From Chrysomallon squamiferum (taxonomy: Eukaryota > Animalia > Mollusca), in contig CM022672.1 of the NCBI GenBank assembly GCA_012295275.1, positions 18,724,001 through 18,788,000 of the forward strand: a DNA stretch of 64,000 nucleotides. Direction: 5' to 3'. The position numbers and the translations under genes are program-made. The first letter of the stretch is position 1. Each line of letters begins with the position of its first letter. The notes under the pieces are model-generated. The model was not told the DNA's origin and did no database searches. It saw nothing but the letters and a program-made list of their open reading frames with translations. Below, one piece after another: positions 13,591 to 27,308 of this stretch.

Positions 13591-15744
13591 TTAAAACGCA
13601 CACAAAGGATCCACATTAACCTTTCTTGACCGCGTGACGTTCTGAAACGTCGTCTCCGACTTGAACTGAGACGTCAGCACCAGTTGTCTCGCGCACGTGT
13701 CTACTGGAGCACGCACACCCGTCAACTTGTACCGCACGCACATAACGTCCAGTTCTGCTGGACGCGTAACTCGAGGATGAAACAAAAGAACGAAGACTGC
13801 AAGTCATCCCAGGACTCACGTGACAAGCTGTCAACACGGAGAACACGACCTCCAGATCTTCCAGACCTACGAAGGTCCCACTCCTGTTCGAGACGAAGCA
13901 AAGAAGCTTTTATTAAACAAAAAAAAAAAAAAAAAAAAAAAGATATCGGCATGAGACTTTCACATCTGTCTAATTGGATCAATTGGAGCCTGTGTTACCC
14001 ACGTAAGCCGTGTTAGAAACGGACGACGGACGACGTTGTCTTGCAATCAGTGCCCCACGCAAAATGTTCTGACGTGATTGAGACTCGTACACGGTATTGA
14101 TCAGCGACGCCAATAAGGCATCGCAAATCACTGGCATTTCTACTTCCCCGCGTACGAAAGTGTCATTAACTTATATACCAAAAATGTAGTGAAAACATGT
14201 CAAGTGCTATGAGCTATGACATTTAAATTTTTTTGAAATGCACAGTATGTGTTATGTATGTTTGTGTGTGTATGTATGTATGTATGTATGTATGCATGTA
14301 TGTATGTATGTATGTATATGTATTTATATATGTATGTATGTATGTACGTACGTACGTATGAATGTATTTATGCATGTGTGTAGTATGTGTATATATGTAT
14401 ATATGTATGTATGTATGTATACATTCATATATAATATACATACATAAACATGTAATTAACTCTTAGCAAAGATGTCCAAACCCTTTTGATCTCAGTGAAA
14501 AATAAATAAATAATTAGATTTTCAAAGAAAGAGGTAAAAAAAAAAGAAAGAAAAGAAAAAAAAAAAAAAAAACCTTCCAGAAATTCAGAAAAAAAAAATC
14601 TCGACGTGATTTATTTGAATCCTATCTACAGTAATGTAATTTCCTGCTATAATCAAATTATTTCTTTCATTGACTTTCGTTAATTCTAAAATACACACGG
14701 AGAAAAACCACTTTCACAGCAATGACCGTGAGCGGCACGTTAAGAGATTTCTAAAAGACTATAATGTATGTACGTCTGCATGTCTGTCTGTGTTTTATGT
14801 TAGAAAATAAAATAAACAGAAAGACAGAGAGCTTTAGCACAAGAAACAGAAAAGTAGACTTTAACCAAATAAATTAAGGGTTATGTTTTCTTACACTATA
14901 TAATGTAATTTAAAAATATATATATATATATATATATAAATATGCATTTCAACACACGCAAAAGGTTATTAAACAAATGTAATGGTGAAGATTTTCGTTT
15001 TTTATCATACAGTGAAACTTTCGATTGTATGTTTTATATAGACTGTAAACATTTACAAAAATTTCATACCAAAAAAGATTTATATATACATATTTATAAC
15101 AAATATGGGATTTCATAATGCTTAAAATGGCATTTTAAAGGTTGAATAAAGCCAAAAAAGATACAGATATCAAGAAGAAATATTTTGAATATTATTCCAT
15201 GCGAAGGATTACTAAGACATAAAGAAAAAATAATTAAATGTCTGTTTATTAATCATTTTGACATCTGTGTTTTGAACGTATTACATTTCGACGACATTAT
15301 TACTAAAAATAGAAAACTAACGTATTTTGTTTTTAAAATGTCAGTGTTCAAGATTCATTTGATTACATTACTGAAAATGTTTCTAAGCTGAATTAACCCA
15401 GTTTCTTTTTTTCTTTGTTTTATATTATTACTATTATTATTACTATTATTATTTAAACTAATAACTAAAACTAAAATAATCTCTGTTTACCCACGAGGTC
15501 TCTATATTGACGAAGTGAAGAAAATGTCATTTCTTTCCCGAGAGATGGATACGTTTGTTTACTAGGAGATCTGATTGCTTCTGTTTCTTTTGAGATTTCA
15601 GGTGACAGAGGTCGATCGACATTAAAACTTTATTACAGTGATGATAAACAGGCGGCGACATACACGTCAGAACACTCCGGAAAGAAAATCCTTTGTAACA
15701 CAGCGTAAAACCTAATAATAATAATGAAAACAGCAACAATAATA

Positions 15745-16425
15745 ATAGTAGTAGTAATAGCTGTTGTAGTTGTACTGGTGGTGGTGGTAGTAGTAGTAGA
15801 TGTAATTGTTTTGGTAGTAGTAGTAATGGTGGTAGTAGTAGTAGTAGCAGTAGTGGTTGTACTGGTGGTAGTAGTAGTAGATGTAATTGTTGTGGTAGTA
15901 GTAGTAATGGTGGTAGTAGTAGTAGTAGCAGTAGTGGTTGTACTGGTGGTGGTGGTGATAGTAGTAGTAGTTGCAATTGTTGTGGTAGTAGTAGTAATGG
16001 TGGTAGTAGTAGTAGCAGCAGTAGTGGTTGTACTGGTGGTGGTGGTGGTAGTAGTAGTAGTTGCAATTGTTGTGGTAGTAGTAGTAATGGTGGTAGTAGT
16101 AGTAGCAGCAGTAGTGGTTGTACTGGTGGTGGTGGTGATAGTAGTGGTTCTGTGGTAGTAGTGGTGTATGTAGTAGTAGTGGTGGTGGTGGTGATAGTAG
16201 TAGTAGTTGCAATTGTTGTGGTAGTAGTTATGGTGGTAGTAGTAAGTAAGTAATAATAAAGTAGTAGTGCAATGGTTGTGGTAGTAGTAGTAATGGTGGT
16301 AGTAGTAGTAGCAGCAGTAGTGGTTGTACTGGTGGTGGTGGTAGTAGTAGTAGTAGTTATAGTAACAATAATAATAATGATGTTGGTAGTAGTAGTAGCA
16401 GTAGTAGTAGTAGTGGCAGTAGTAG
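15745..16425. repeat. Higher-order repeat of 81-90 bp built from GTA/GTG triplets (~6 units)
   Basis: The anchor gttgtactggtggt recurs near 15770, 15857, 15937, 16027, 16117 and 16323. Confidence 0.85.
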
Positions 16426-17093
16426 TATTATTAATAACAACAATAAAAATAACAATAATCACAACATCAACAACAGCAATAAAGTTGATAAAATGTAACA
16501 ACACTGATTCATATTACATCTTCAGCAAGTTCACCCTGTAGGTAGGACACATCTTCTGACAATACGACGCCTATTTCTGAACTAATCCACTCGACTTGAG
16601 AAAGTGTGTTATCACCAGTTTGTTGTGCGACTGAAAACTTTCAGTCAGAGAGTGTATTGACAAAACTCGTAAAAGTGGCAGCCACAAGTGGCACATTATT
16701 TCTCCACAAGAACTTCACGATTCAAGTGCTCGGCTACCTGATAAATAACTAAAAGACCGCGTGGTCAAGCTTACTTGTCCAACTTGACACGATAAGTTTT
16801 CATTAACGGTTTTTTCTAGTTTCGTCTTCCTCTGTTTTGTTTTAAAGTGTCCGCAAGGTCTTGCGAATCTGCACGTAGTCTTCGTGCGACAGTAAGGCGT
16901 AGATAGATGATAGATAACCTAGTTAGTTTCTTTACTCAGAAAAGTTGCGTGGTTTGTTAATGCAGTTAATCCTGCGACAGATTTACGTATTATTGTTTTT
17001 ATGGTTGAATCATCGCCAGAATTATTTTTATCATTACAAACCATTCTGCTTCTTCTTCTGCTTCTTCCTCCTCTTATTCTTCTTCTTTTTCTA

Positions 17094-17126
<33 letters not shown>

Positions 17127-18019
17127 GTTGTTGTTGCTGCTGCTGCTGCTGTCGTTGTTGTTGTTGTTGTCGTCGTCTTTGTTTTAGCAGTTTGATATTT
17201 AAACTTGTGGTATGTTACTTAGTATTCACATTAAATTTGAAATGTGGTGAATGTTTATCAAAGACTTGTCGAAGGGACCGATACTCCAAGAGAATACTGA
17301 ATAGCTATTTTCAGTTAAAACCTGTCAACCTTCACAGGTTTATCAAAATCCGTCATACATGTTTTTCTCTTTACACGAACGGCAAATTAAAACTCCCTTG
17401 TCGCCACTCGAAATAAAAACGTCTGATTAAAGTGGATAGAAAGTGTCCTCTGTCACTATTTATATGGTCATTAACCATTTGCAATAAACCGTGTGACGTA
17501 AAGTTAGATTAAACATGAGATAAATGACTAGCTTAATATCGTTAAAGTACTGAGAATACAAAAAAAATATATAAAAACAAACGTACCAAAGCAGAGAAGA
17601 AGAATTATTTTATCTCTTTCAGACATTTACATTTTAACAGTACATGGGAGAGACCGTCATACTTGAATTTTAAAGAATTGTAACTAAACGACATTATTAT
17701 TGCATGCATTCCCGTCGAAGATCCAAGCTTCAATCTTTAATGGATATATCACCTGACGATCGCACAGAAGGATGAAGGCAAAGGGTTAAATTCTTTACTG
17801 AGACGAAATTAAATGGTATCGGTAAAGTACACGCGGCCAGAAGGGTAGAAAGGAGACCAACTATTTTTTATTTATTGCCGTCATGATTTGAGGACAGATT
17901 TTATTTTCAGCGTACAAGTAGCTGTAGGAAGAGCGACTGTTAACTGAAAGAGCAGGAAAACGTATAAATTTGAGGATTTCAAATACAAGTTATTCTTAAA
18001 TATGTAGAGAAAATAAATT

Positions 18020-18023
<4 letters not shown>

Positions 18024-18096
<73 letters not shown>
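18024..18096. repeat. (GA)n microsatellite
   Basis: Pure tract. Confidence 0.95.
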
Positions 18097-18101
<5 letters not shown>

Positions 18102-18311
18102 AAACCGTAGTCATAGAGAAGGGAGGTAATTAAAGATATAAAGACAAGGGAGATAATGATCAACCATACACCCATGGAAGGGAGATAATGATGAACTGTA
18201 TACGGAGGCAGGGAGAAAAGAAAAAAAAGTTTATAGTGGTAGAAGGCGGCTTAATGAATTCCCAAGTTTTTAAATTTATTTATCCAGTTAGTTTTGAAAA
18301 TATATTTAGTT

Positions 18312-18406
<95 letters not shown>

Positions 18407-18579
18407 ATTAGTGTTGCAGCTATTGTTGTTATTGTTTTGAAATAGTATGCTCAATATGTTTTCAAATAATATGGTTTACTTCCAGTCCAAGTCTTTTGAA
18501 TTCGACTTACCATGTAGACATCAAAATTGTGAATTTAGGATTAGGAATTAATTATTTTTCGGTTACTCCCATTAAGTAA

Positions 18580-18890
<311 letters not shown>

Positions 18891-20030
18891 AAGTATCAGT
18901 CAATCAACAAGTGAATCAATAGATAAAATGCAATTAAGCTGATGCTTCAGTTACGATGCACCTTCCTTAGCATTTGACCGCCTGAAGCTCTAATCATTAC
19001 TGAAAACAGTTCGCTTAGCTTTATCGATTCCGCAATCAAGGCATGCACATTAAAGAAACCCTTCATCTGACTGTTACGTGTTTCCGTCGTTAAGTTACCT
19101 ACCCGACCTTCAAACACTTCACACAGCTGGCGTTAAAGCCATCGCGTGTTGCGATAGGCCGTAAAACATTTAAACACTTTAGGCCGGATGTTTCCACTCA
19201 GTGAACTTTAAAACTCCAGTCTAAATTCTAAACACTTCGTGGAACAGGATCATTGCTTCTGAAAAAAAAAAAAAAAGAATCTTCTCCGTGATTCCCTTAT
19301 ATATATAACGACAATTGCACTTACTAAGGTTATTTTTTCAAATATTGACGTAATGATGGCTTTGTCAGGTAATCATCGATAAATATCGCTAAACAGTGTT
19401 TAATAACAGAGGCGTGTAAATTAGCACGTAAATGATACAGGGCTCGAGTTTACGTTCGTTTCAAAACGCTGTATGGAAATTAAACAAGCGCAATTAATTC
19501 GATTTCCTGCCGGTTACACTTTGGCGGGTTTTCTGATAGAGCTGGTCATGGTATTGGGTCTTCACAGAAACGTGATTCTCGAAGATCTGGCTTGTCCATT
19601 AGTCTGTTCGATATAATCAACGGTTCACAGAGTCGAGCGAAACTCGGCAACCTTCATGACAGGACGTTCGTGTTTTGACGATTTTACGCGTATCTCTGAT
19701 ATTTATTTATTTATTTGTAACTTTTTTTTTTTTCTTTCTTTTTTTTTTCTACTTGCTTGTTTGTTTTAAATTTATTTTTCATTTGCTTCTGGAGTTTTTA
19801 GTTTGTTTCCTATTCGTTATTTTTTTTATTTATTTTTTTTTGATTCAAATAAATGGTATAATTAAAAGAAAGTGATTATAATACGACATGGCGGTCACTA
19901 ATTCAAATGATTACAGACACCCCAGTGCTAAAGTAACGTTAACATTTAATAAATTTATTATTATCATTATTATTATTATTATTATTATCATCATCATCAT
20001 TATTATAATTATTATATCATCATCATCATC

Positions 20031-20108
<78 letters not shown>

Positions 20109-21063
20109 TTAAATTGTTACTTAATCTTCTATATCATTAGTTTATCTCTGTTTCTTTTGTATGGGTATTTTCTCGTTTGGGTGAGTAGATCAGTCTTTCG
20201 GCGTGTATTTACGAGTCTCTGACCATACGAATTTCTGTTTTACGAGAATTCAAACACGGGATTACTCCTTTCTTATCGACAAACGATCCGAGAAGGGAGA
20301 CACATTTTTAGATGTGTTTTTGCAACAAACCAAAGTGATTAAACGGCATCAGTGTAAGGAGGTTAACGGTGATCAATATTCTGGGAACCCGACACGCCAC
20401 ACTCTACAAGAGGATGTAAGACCATCGCCAAATGACAAAATCCTGATGATTGGAAAGATGTTTTCTGCTAAACAACGAGTTTGTTTGTCGCATGATGGTT
20501 TCTCAGAAGACCTGAACAGAGTATTGTGTTAGGTGAAGAAAAGAAAAACGAAAACTTGTTTTACTTGTTTTGGAACTTCTGATAATAAATGTTTTAAAAA
20601 TCGTATACAGTCTGTCGTTTGTGTTCTTAATGTGTTTTTGAGTTTTCTAAAAATAGTTACTTTAATTGATTTTTTTTTTTTTCTTCGTCTTATTTTTATT
20701 TTATTTTATAATAACTGAAAGGTTTTGTTTTGGAAGATGATGAAAAAAAAGAAATGAGAAATAAATGAAGAAATAATGAATGAACGAAAATAAGAATCGA
20801 TTAATTAAAGGGTTGAATAATTAATGAAAACTTACGAATATCTTTTTATGTAAATTCTGTTTGTTTCATTCATACGTTTCAGAAGGATTGCAAAAACAAT
20901 GATCTGAGAAAGAAAAATTTCAGAGGAATATTTGGATACAATATTCTACAACCTTCGCCCAACAATGGAACTCTATGAATACGATGATGACGATTGTGAT
21001 GATGATGATGATGCGATGATGATAAATGATGATGTTGATCACGTGTAGCAAGAGCAGCTGTAA

Positions 21064-21120
<57 letters not shown>

Positions 21121-21272
21121 TAGAGAAATATTCAGAAAGAAAAAAACTAAAACTAAAACGCGAAATATAGGTATATATCAATTTTGTACAATTTACATAT
21201 TAATTATTAATTTTATTTTTATTATTATTACTACTACTACTACTACAGTTACAATTATTATTATTATTATTA

Positions 21273-21329
<57 letters not shown>

Positions 21330-21760
21330 CTTTTCTTTACGAAATTGCAAATGCCACATAGTTGGGTGTTTTGAGTACGTCTTTGATTACAATGACAGGT
21401 TATAGCGGAGACGGATATCAAAAGAAATGAAATAAGTGTGATGAGCTGTCGGCAACTTGAACCTTAACGAGTGCATAACATGGAATTAAACAAAAACTGC
21501 TTATTTCAGAAAGAAAAACAGAAAACGAAAAAAGAGTAAAGAAATTAGAGAACGAAAGATAAATCACGAACAAAACTTCAGGTATTATGAAAATGGTGAC
21601 GTTGGGTTGCAGGATTTGCAGAGATCTAACTGAAACTCGGTGGTTAGACCGTCGAACACGAGGAATAACAGATCACACGATCGATTCTCGGTAGTACGTG
21701 TTTTAGGTGTTTTGCCTCTCCAGTCGGTATCCAACGAATGATTTATTAAACAAAAACAAA

Positions 21761-21801
<41 letters not shown>

Positions 21802-22031
21802 CAATAACAACAACAAAAATTAATAATAATTAAATAATTAATAATAGCAATTAAATAATAATACTATAATAATAATAATAACAATAACAAAAATAATATT
21901 AATAATAATTACAACAAATAATAATAAAAAATAATAACAATAAAATAATCATAGTAGTAATAATAACAATACTACTACTACTATTACGATTACTACTAAA
22001 AAAAAACTACTACTACTACTACTACTACTAC

Positions 22032-22068
<37 letters not shown>

Positions 22069-22267
22069 ACAATAATAATACATTTTAAAAGGTGTCATCG
22101 ACCTTCATGGTTATTTGAAAGTGTTTATAATCGATTTTACCTCAAGATGTAACAGCATATTTCATTTATCGGTTCATCATAATTATATCTAATAAAATAT
22201 ACTGAAAGTTATTCACTATCCATTACTTCATTAATTCTATAACTTCCGAAAATAGAGTAGACATTTT

Positions 22268-22282
22268 GTATGTGTGTTTGTT

Positions 22283-22365
<83 letters not shown>
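22268..22365. repeat. (TG)n microsatellite ~1 kb downstream of the receptor stop codon
   Basis: Nearly pure tract. Confidence 0.95.
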
Positions 22366-22367
<2 letters not shown>

Positions 22368-22615
22368 AATTTGATACTATTACGATAACTATAGGTTGTT
22401 GTAAATTTTATGTTAATTTTTCTACAAAAAATGTTCTTCTTATAATTATGTACAATTTTATGATCTCTCTAAATCCTTTGTTAAATTCCACTGCAGACTT
22501 CCCATCACTTTTTCATAATATAAACTTTTATGTGTAAACATAACTGATCCATCAAAACTAGTCAAAATTTTGTTATAACCAGTACTAATGCATAGGCTTT
22601 CTAAATCATTCTCAT

Positions 22616-22626
22616 TTTATTTTATT
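22616..22626 (-). terminator. Candidate polyadenylation signals (tandem AATAAA) for the ADRA1-like mRNA
   Basis: Two overlapping TTTATT on the + strand about 800 nt past the stop codon, with an ATTAAA variant near 22799-22804. Such hexamers are common in AT-rich DNA. Confidence 0.3.
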
Positions 22627-23419
22627 TGCCTTTGTATTTCTGTTTTAATCATTTTAATTTTATGAGTAAATAAAAAAATGTATTGTATTTTGCCACTATA
22701 TTTATCTGTTCTTTTAGTTAAAATAAGGAAACTGAACAAGAAAAAAACAACAACAAAAACAAAACAAGCTTATGTTTTTAGTGATATGAATACACTATTT
22801 TAATACATGTATACATAGTCTCGGTTTCTCGTAATGCAAGAGCAAGTCATGACTTGTTAACTAATATCCACGTTATAAGATCATTTCAGCATTTCGTTAA
22901 TGAACACAGGAAACCTTTGTCACCTAACGTGATGAAAGTACACTTTTGTAACAATGTGTATTTTTACGTAATCGGTGTCTATGCACGTTAAACATCGTCA
23001 TCTGTCAACATGGTCTTCAGAAACTCAGCGACATTCCTGTTATTATCTTGTGGTACATAATTCAGCAGTTTTTTCTTCAGCAATTTGATAATTTATAGAA
23101 AAAATTCATCCGGTAATGTTTGATCTTGACATCATCGAGGGATAAAACGTATACGGACATGCTATCAAAATGTCTACTCTCTTAGCAGTTATTTTAAATG
23201 ATTTGACTGATTCCTTCAGGGCATGTAAGTCCATTCGATGCAATGCATTGTTATACCATCAGGGCTATTAGACCATCATCCTATATCAAGATCGGACTTA
23301 AGAATTCACTGACTCTTTGTTATTTTGACTCTCTTATTGTGTCATTCGTTCGTCAGCTCTCTTCAGCTGCTCGCTGTCAGAATAAAACATTTTTTATCCG
23401 GTTAAAATGCCGTCGTGTG

Positions 23420-24138
23420 TCAGCCCGGATACTCTGACGTGAATGGCGTAGTTTCGTCCACGTGCGACGACGAATCGCAGCGAATGAGGACGAGGGGGAT
23501 TCCCGGCAGCTCTTCCCTGACCTCCTGTTTGTGGTTCCTGCTGTTGACGATCACGGAGTTCACGTACTCCTCGTCGTCTGCAAAACTGCTTTTGTCGATG
23601 CTGGTTGCGGACAGGGACTGGTTGTTAAAGCGCTGATCCACCACGAGCGAGTCCTGTGTCGCGCTCAGCGATTGGTTCAACGATTCTCCAACGCTGTCGG
23701 CGTTTATGTTTAGCTTTGGCGACGGGACGTCGTCACTCACGTACGTTTTCATCTGCAGTTGGTACAAACGCAAACTTCGGATTGGCGAGTCGGCCGAGGA
23801 CTCGTGTAGAGAGGCACTTCTGTTGTTAACCGCTAAATTGTTGTTCTGTTTCGATGCAGGGCGTCGTAAAGACATGGGTTTGTATGTCTTGCACGATTTG
23901 GTGAATGACAAGTTATTTGTACTAGTTTCTAAGTTGGAGCTCAGAGTCTCGTTCTGGCCATTCAAGAAAACTCGTGGCCTTCGTCTGAACTGACAGAGGA
24001 GAATCCTTTTGAAAGCTCTTTTGAATTCCTTGCTGGAACACGCGTATATAATTGGATTCATGAGAGAATTGCAGTAGCCAAGCCAGAAGATTATTTTAAA
24101 CAGTAACTCCGGCGTGGCACACGGTTTGCACAACGAAC
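23420..24138 (-). CDS. ADRA1: Alpha-1 adrenergic receptor-like GPCR, coding exon 2 (ECL3, TM7, helix 8, ~207-aa C-tail)
   Basis: Acceptor tttgttttacAG at 24140-24139 followed by GT TCG TTG TGC. The phase-1 join gives ...VLPL-G-SLCKPC. Encodes [30 protein letters not shown] (NPxxY plus helix 8, ADRA1-like), then CQFRRRPR. Stop TGA at 23422-23420. The spliced CDS is 1743 nt (580 aa plus stop). Confidence 0.93.
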
Positions 24139-24997
24139 CTGTAAAACAAACGAAATAGTAAAATAATTACTTTGAAGAAGTGTATAATACAAAAACAAGA
24201 GAGAGAAAATAAAAAATATAAAAATTTATAATATAAAGTTAAATAATACTTTTTGAATTCTCAGGAGTAAATCTAAATAACAAAACTATTAAAATCTACT
24301 TTAAGTAAAATAACAATGACAGTACAGGTTATCTAAGCCTTACGAAAAGCTAAAATCTAAAAGTCTCAGTCATCATGATAACACATATTTAAATAGCAGT
24401 TTGATGAGTAATCATCAAGTAACAAATACGGCATACAAAAACAGCTGATAGACTGTCTTCTTTCAACAACAAAATGATAATAATCTTAACGATATCAAGA
24501 CGGCGAAAATTATTTTCTGTTTTCTATGTTTTTTCACTACTTTGAGATCCCTTTTACTATGACTAGCATTCTCATCATAGCTTGAACGTATAAACAATAA
24601 TTAATTAACTCTAAGTCATCTTTATAACAGTTACTGAGATGCAAATATAATTTTAGTTACTGTACCTATTTCAAACCTTATATCAGAGTCCCTGTTAATT
24701 ACTATAAATAAATATATATAATTTTGAATGGTAAAATAATGAAGGTGCTTATAACAATAACTAGTTTACGAGTTGGTAGTTAAGTAGCTAGTAAGATAAT
24801 TGTATCTGCACATTCCTTTAGTCATGAAACACGTTCTATAGTTTTTTGATAAATCAATGTTCATACACATTACACTTCAAGCCACGCTTGAAACGTCTGT
24901 GCTACAGACCCTCCATATTTTAATTTATATTAGTTTGAAAAAAAAAAACCCCACCCAAAAACTCCATCTAATAAGAAATAAATAATCGTTTATGAAG

Positions 24998-25109
<112 letters not shown>

Positions 25110-25654
25110 GTCCAAACTAAGTTATTTGATCTATCGTTACAGTTACTCCATCTTACGCAAACTTTTCTATTAGTTTCTAACTCTGTTACAAACAACAAGC
25201 CAAAAACTAATTTGAAAATATAAATCAGAAACTGCGAGAGAATTCTTTAATCATTGCTTTTTTCCCCCCCTTGCAATGTTACGTTCCCTGGGCATGTATA
25301 AATCTTTGCTGTTGGAAACGTGACTGTTGCAGATATTGGTGTCGTAGAAGATGTAGTTTTCTCTAACCTCATACCATTTGGGTTTCCATCCAGAGAGCTA
25401 TTTGGAGAGGTATTTAATCATTACATTTCTTTTTTCCAGTTAATCCTCCGGTTCAGGTCTTTGATTGAACAGCGGCGTATAAAAAGTAATAATAGGAATT
25501 TCTTAAATGGAACATACTTTTTTTGTTTATAATAATAGACTGGGCAAAGAAGTGATATATAAACTTCTGATTTTTTTTAGTATTCGTGTATCATGATGGA
25601 TTCAAAGTCATGTTAAAGTGTGTGCGCCGTGTGTGTGTTTTTTGTGTTTTTTTA

Positions 25655-26348
25655 ACATTGTTGTATCTTGAGAACGTCGCCCTAAGATGTTACATTGACG
25701 TGGTATTAAAATGTTACATTGACAAACATACTGAGCACGTCGTATTAAGATGTTACATTGTCGTATCCTGATGGTATATTATGATGGTATATTTTCGTGA
25801 ATTGAGCACGTCGTATTAAGATGTTACACTACCGTATCTTGATCACACTGTATTAAGTTGTTACCTTGTCGTATCTTGAATACGTCATATTACGATGTTA
25901 CATTCTAGTATCTTGAACACGTCGCCCTAAGATGTTACATTCACGTAATATTAAAATGTTACACTGACAAACATATTGAGCACGTCGTATTAAGATGTTA
26001 CACTATCGTATCTTGATCAAACTGTATTAAGATGTTACCTTGTCGTATCTTGAGTACGTCATATTAAGATGTTACATCGTCGTATCTTGAGCAGGTCATA
26101 TTAAGATGTTACCTTGTCGTATCTTGAGCAGGTCATATTAAGATGTTACATTCTAGTATCTTGAACACGTCGCCCTAAGATGTTACATTCGTATATTAAA
26201 ATGTTACACTGACAAACATATTGAGCTGGTCGGGTTTTCGTATCTTGATCGTTTGTATTAAGATGTTTTGTTGTTTCGAGTCATATTACGATGTTACATC
26301 GTCGTATCTTGAGCAGGTCATATTAAGATGTTACATTGCCGTATCTTC
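25655..26348. repeat. 37-bp minisatellite with ~245-248-bp higher-order structure
   Basis: tattaagatgttac occurs at 25988, 26025, 26062, 26099 and 26136. The variant gtcgccctaagatgttacatt occurs at 25676, 25921 and 26169. Confidence 0.9.
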
Positions 26349-26400
26349 AGTGGTTTATGCATGTTATTTTTATAAACATGTGAGTAGATAACTAGTAGAT

Positions 26401-26430
26401 TTTGACTCTAACGCTCACCTAACTGAGCTA
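26401..26430 (-). mobile_element. tRNA-like A-box fragment (SINE head remnant)
   Basis: The minus strand reads TAGCTCAGTTAGGTGAGCGTTAGAGTC, similar to a tRNA D-arm/A box. No B box or full cloverleaf follows. Confidence 0.3.
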
Positions 26431-26509
26431 ATATGTAAATAATAGCAATGAATTATATTAATGTAATTTCAATAATAATGACGTCGATTGTGATGGTTTT
26501 TAGTTTTGG

Positions 26510-26620
<111 letters not shown>

Positions 26621-27276
26621 ATTGTAGCTGTTGCTGTTGTTGTTATATACGTACTCTCCTTATTTTATTTACTCTCTCCTGCACGCACACCTCTCGAATT
26701 CAGCTGAGAATAAATTTGCTGGTGAAGAACACGTAGCAGGGAAAAACAGCTTGGTTTAAACTGCTAATTGCAGACTCGGTGAGCAGAAACGTGTGTGTTT
26801 GCTGAACGAAGACCACGAAGAGCCATGGCCAGGCCTACGTTTTACAGTTTTGTAAGACTCAACAAAAATTTAGAGAGCTTGTCCATGGGGACTCCAGATG
26901 TACCTGACACTCCTCTCCTCTCGGATGTTAGAAGAAGCCAGATAAATTTCCAATTAAAAGCATTGAATTAAAGCTGGTGGGAATAACATCTGTTTAATAG
27001 CTCGTTCAAGCATTTTGTAAGTGATTTTTCAGGAATGTTGATGTGTAATGATTTCTTGTGAGAGTGGTTGTAAAAACAAATTCGGTTTTAATATGTGAAT
27101 GTTATAGATATATCGTTTTTTTTTTTTTTTTTTAGCGAATGTGGTGCGGAAAAGATAGATGGTTGTTAATGAAATATAATTTAGAAATGATGTTTGGAAA
27201 CAGTAATTACTGATCGTTATAATTTAATTTTAATTTATGTTAGTTTAAAAAAGAAAAACAAAACAAAACTAACAAG

Positions 27277-27308
<32 letters not shown>

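Noticed and set aside
15527-16504. 325-aa ORF, the longest outside the GPCR
   Set aside because: It is a translation of triplet-derived repeat with a non-ATG start and no domain.
25340-25470. Possible RTE-LINE 3' remnant (PKIAL-W-KPNG-like on the minus strand)
   Set aside because: It needs several frameshifts over a few codons and is too weak to call without a search.
25655-26348. CRISPR-like array of 37-bp units with partial dyad symmetry
   Set aside because: There are no unique spacers and no cas genes, and the array lies in a eukaryotic intron. It is a minisatellite.
26401-26430. tRNA gene
   Set aside because: Only an A-box-like stretch is present, with no T-arm/B box or acceptor stem.
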